DNA of 64,000 bases from Octopus vulgaris (taxonomy: Eukaryota), in NCBI GenBank assembly GCA_951406725.2, contig OX597823.1, forward strand, positions 26,412,001-26,476,000, written 5' to 3'. This document shows, in pieces, positions 60,910 through 64,000 of this stretch. Made by a program: the position numbers and the translations under genes. The notes beneath the pieces are model-generated. The model was given only the letters and a program-made list of their open reading frames with translations. It searched no databases and was not told the DNA's origin. The stretch's first letter is position 1. Each line of letters begins with the position of its first letter.

Positions 60910-61299
60910 GGTTTAAGTAATTGAGATCCAAGTGAATTCTAATGAATTCACATGAATATGGTCCTTAACTAGGATGCACCGGAAATCTATATGGTGTTAA
61001 CCATACGACAAGTGGGGTGATTACAAATAGGAAAAAAGCAACAAGAATGGATTAAAATCTCGGTACAATTGTTTCGTACGAGGACATCTTTAATAAGCTA
61101 CAAAAAATGCAGTAAATATAGATGGCTCGTACTCGTCGGCCGAAAAAACATCAGAGATGTTTGGGAATCTCTGATGTTTTTTCGGCTGACGAGTACGAGC
61201 CATCTATATTTACTGCATTTTTTTGTAGCTTATTAAAGATGTCCTCGTACGAAACAATTGTACCGAGATTTTAATCCATTCTTGTTGCTTTTTTCCTAT
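60910..61299. mobile_element. Fold-back (Penelope-like) element family 2, inside a (TA)n microsatellite
   Basis: ~132-bp near-perfect inverted arms at 61027-61158 and 61167-61299 with an 8-nt loop; (TA)n on both flanks; contains a hammerhead ribozyme. Confidence 0.75.
61182..61266 (+). ncRNA. Type I hammerhead ribozyme (intact core)
   Basis: Stem I UCGG/CCGA; CUGACGA (61186-61192); stem II GUACGAG/CUCGUAC; GAAA (61251-61254); palindromic stem III CAAUUG; cleavage triplet GUA (cut after 61262). Confidence 0.85.
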
Positions 61300-61576
61300 A
61301 TATATATATATATATATATATAGTAGAAATATGTTACGAAAAGAAAATATAAAATACACGTGGAAATGTAAGGGTAAAATATGAAAAATCAACGAAAATG
61401 CACATTGCAAATAAAAAAAGGCTATTTATGACAGGTAACGACAAATATATACATTTAGATTGACTGAGGTAGTAATAGTCATAAAAGTCATTATTATGAG
61501 ATGATTATAAGATGATAATAAAGTAAGAGAACAAAACGGACCATGGTTTTACGCAAAGCTATTCATCGTTTGAACA

Positions 61577-61633
<57 letters not shown>

Positions 61634-62417
61634 GCTTCCATATAGTTTCCGCTTCACAAATTCATTCACAAGGTACGGGGCTATAGTAGAAGACAGTTGC
61701 TCAAGGTACCATGCCGTGAAACTGAACCCCAAACGACTTGGCTGTAAAGTGATCCCCTTAACCTCATGACTATATTCACGCCTATATAAAGATAGTTCTT
61801 GCTTCGTATTAACTGGTGAACATTTTGGTCAACATTAGGTCCATTATTTCTTCTTTTTATGAAGGTGCGTAGCCTAGTGGTTAGAGATGTTTAGCTTATG
61901 ACTAGAAGATCGTAGGTTCAATCTTGGATTGAGCAGCGCATTATGTTCTTGAGTAAGGCATTTCATTTCAGTTTACTCAGGTGTAATAACTATCAGCCAG
62001 GTGTTGGTGGCAGCCCACTTTCTCTTCAAATGACACGAACTGGATGTTCTGCTGGATCAGGGGTGAGTGGGCAGAGAGGTCGTTTCTTTTTGCCCACAAC
62101 TAGATTTACACATAAAACAATTAATAAAAGCATGCTATATTTTACCACATAATACCCACTCGCCCGTGACGGCTGGTTGCATTTATCTCGTTCGATTACA
62201 TTACGGAATGAGAAGGGCTGTAGAGCGAGAGTCGCTTATTTGTGACAAGTTGTTGTTTAACCCTACACAGGTCAGCTCTGACTAAGCAAATTTATCTTCA
62301 AAGTTGTTCCCACTCTGAAAATCTGCTCTTTTTATTCACGCATAGTGTTTCTAGTTCTATACCACCCAATCAGTTCTTCTTTTTGTACGATGATAGGGTG
62401 GGATTTATATTGATAAA

Positions 62418-62933
62418 TCTCTATATATAAAACTGTAGTTGTGTGAGTGTCTGTCTCCTACGATTTAGATTCCTAACTCCTCCCACATTTTGCGGTGCAG
62501 TTTAACCAAATTCGGGTATCTTATAGTCGTGATTAATATCAAGCCCGTCTGGCTATTAGCGCGCGTCTACGATGAGTCTACGATTTTAAAAATAATTTAA
62601 CATCATTTTTTATTCCATTTTAATGCATAATTTTTCGTGTGTCGATGGCGGCGGAGTTGGCGTCCACGCTCAAACACCTGCACCTGTGTTTGCTTCTCCC
62701 CTTCTTCCCTCCCTCGTGAAGCTGTGGGGAAGGGAGTGTAAGGAAATCAATGTCGTAATGCGTTGTCAAGGAGACCAGCGTTCTTTTAGAACAACGACTT
62801 CATGGCTTGAAGACACCAAAACAGAAATGGCTAAGAAAGCCCGAATTGGCATCTATAAAGGAAGTAACTCTCTAAAAATGCTTATATAGTTATTTCCCTT
62901 ACAAACCCGAGCAACGCCGGGCGATACTGCTAG
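62418..62933 (+). mobile_element. Non-autonomous Helitron, copy 2
   Basis: 5' TC, same 3' hairpin and CTAG, inserted at A|T. Confidence 0.9.
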
Positions 62934-64000
62934 TCAATTTACTGTATTTAGTCTCATCTCTGAACTTTATCAGTTCAAGCCATTCCAAAGTTCATTTAGC
63001 ATTTCCTCATAATTACATTGATCAACTACAGTATGGTCCAACATATGTAATACACTAAGTGAGAAATTTCGATTAACTGAGATTATCCAAACAATTAGTA
63101 GGTAAAGTACTCCCTCTAGGTGTTTTAAAATACACAGCTAGCAAGGGAAATAAGTCCAGTATGATTAGTCAATCGCTAATTTTTAGACAATATAACCAAT
63201 GCATATATGGGAATAGATCTGGTCTTTTAAGATCATTTAACGGCGAGATCCACTTAAATTTCCATTGTCTGTGTTGTCTTCAAAATTCGTTCATTTATCT
63301 TATTGCTTTTCTTGGAGATTTTCAACAACTCTCGGCGGAAAGATTTTATTTGTTAATTGCTTGAATAATCTCAGACGGTTGAAAAATTTAAACTCCTTGG
63401 ATTACATATGCGAAACCTTACTGTCAAACCAGAACCACAAGTGTTAGGCACTCAAATTTGAACTCGCTCAAGGAGAGAAAGAAAACTAGCTGGGGTACCA
63501 GTCCCCCCTCCAAATGACATTAGTGTTTCATGCAAGAATAAGAACACTCTTATAAAGACAAAGCATACTACATTCAGGGCAACAATAACGACGAGTTCGA
63601 TATGAACCATAATAGAATTGATTTAGTAATAAATCCAAAATAATAATTCTAAGTAAAGACTATCAGAAAAAGTTAAAGCCGACATAAGGAAGTTTAGAAG
63701 GTGTCAGGAAAGACTGTGTATCAGACATAGAAATAGGAACGTTTTCAGAATTCCTGGAATAATTAATGGCAAGAAGTTTTAGTTTTTGTAGAGGCGAATG
63801 CAATTAACAACTGAACTACCTTATCGGTCGTTATTTTCACTTGATTAGATAAATCAGACTTTTCATTCAAGGAACAATACGCACGTATATATTCTTACAT
63901 ATTTCACATACGTACCAGCACATACAGACGCACGTTCGTATGTGAGTGTGTGTATGCATATTTATACATGCATATAGATATATACATAAACGCACACAGA

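Overview
AT-rich, repeat-dense animal genomic DNA; the SINE, RTE and microsatellite content strongly suggests an octopus or other cephalopod (inference). The only host gene I can support is a complete 11-exon Elongin A (ELOA/TCEB3) on the + strand (ATG 1709 to TGA 33125; 1698 nt, 565 aa; all introns GT-AG with consistent phases). The rest is mobile DNA: many truncated RTE and CR1-like LINEs, at least three tRNA-derived SINE families, two copies of a ~515-bp non-autonomous Helitron, piggyBac-, hAT- and Tc1/pogo-type MITEs, and a young but defective Gypsy-type LTR retrotransposon (48526-52118). Three observations stand out. (1) The Gypsy primer-binding site is not a TGG/tRNA-3'-end site but a perfect 12-nt complement of the 5' end of tRNA-Phe. 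(2) Two families of fold-back, Penelope-like insertions carry type I hammerhead ribozyme motifs, one with an intact core at 61182-61266. (3) One of these families appears to have a tRNA-like Pol III head. Most ORFs in the supplied track are spurious microsatellite or repeat read-throughs.
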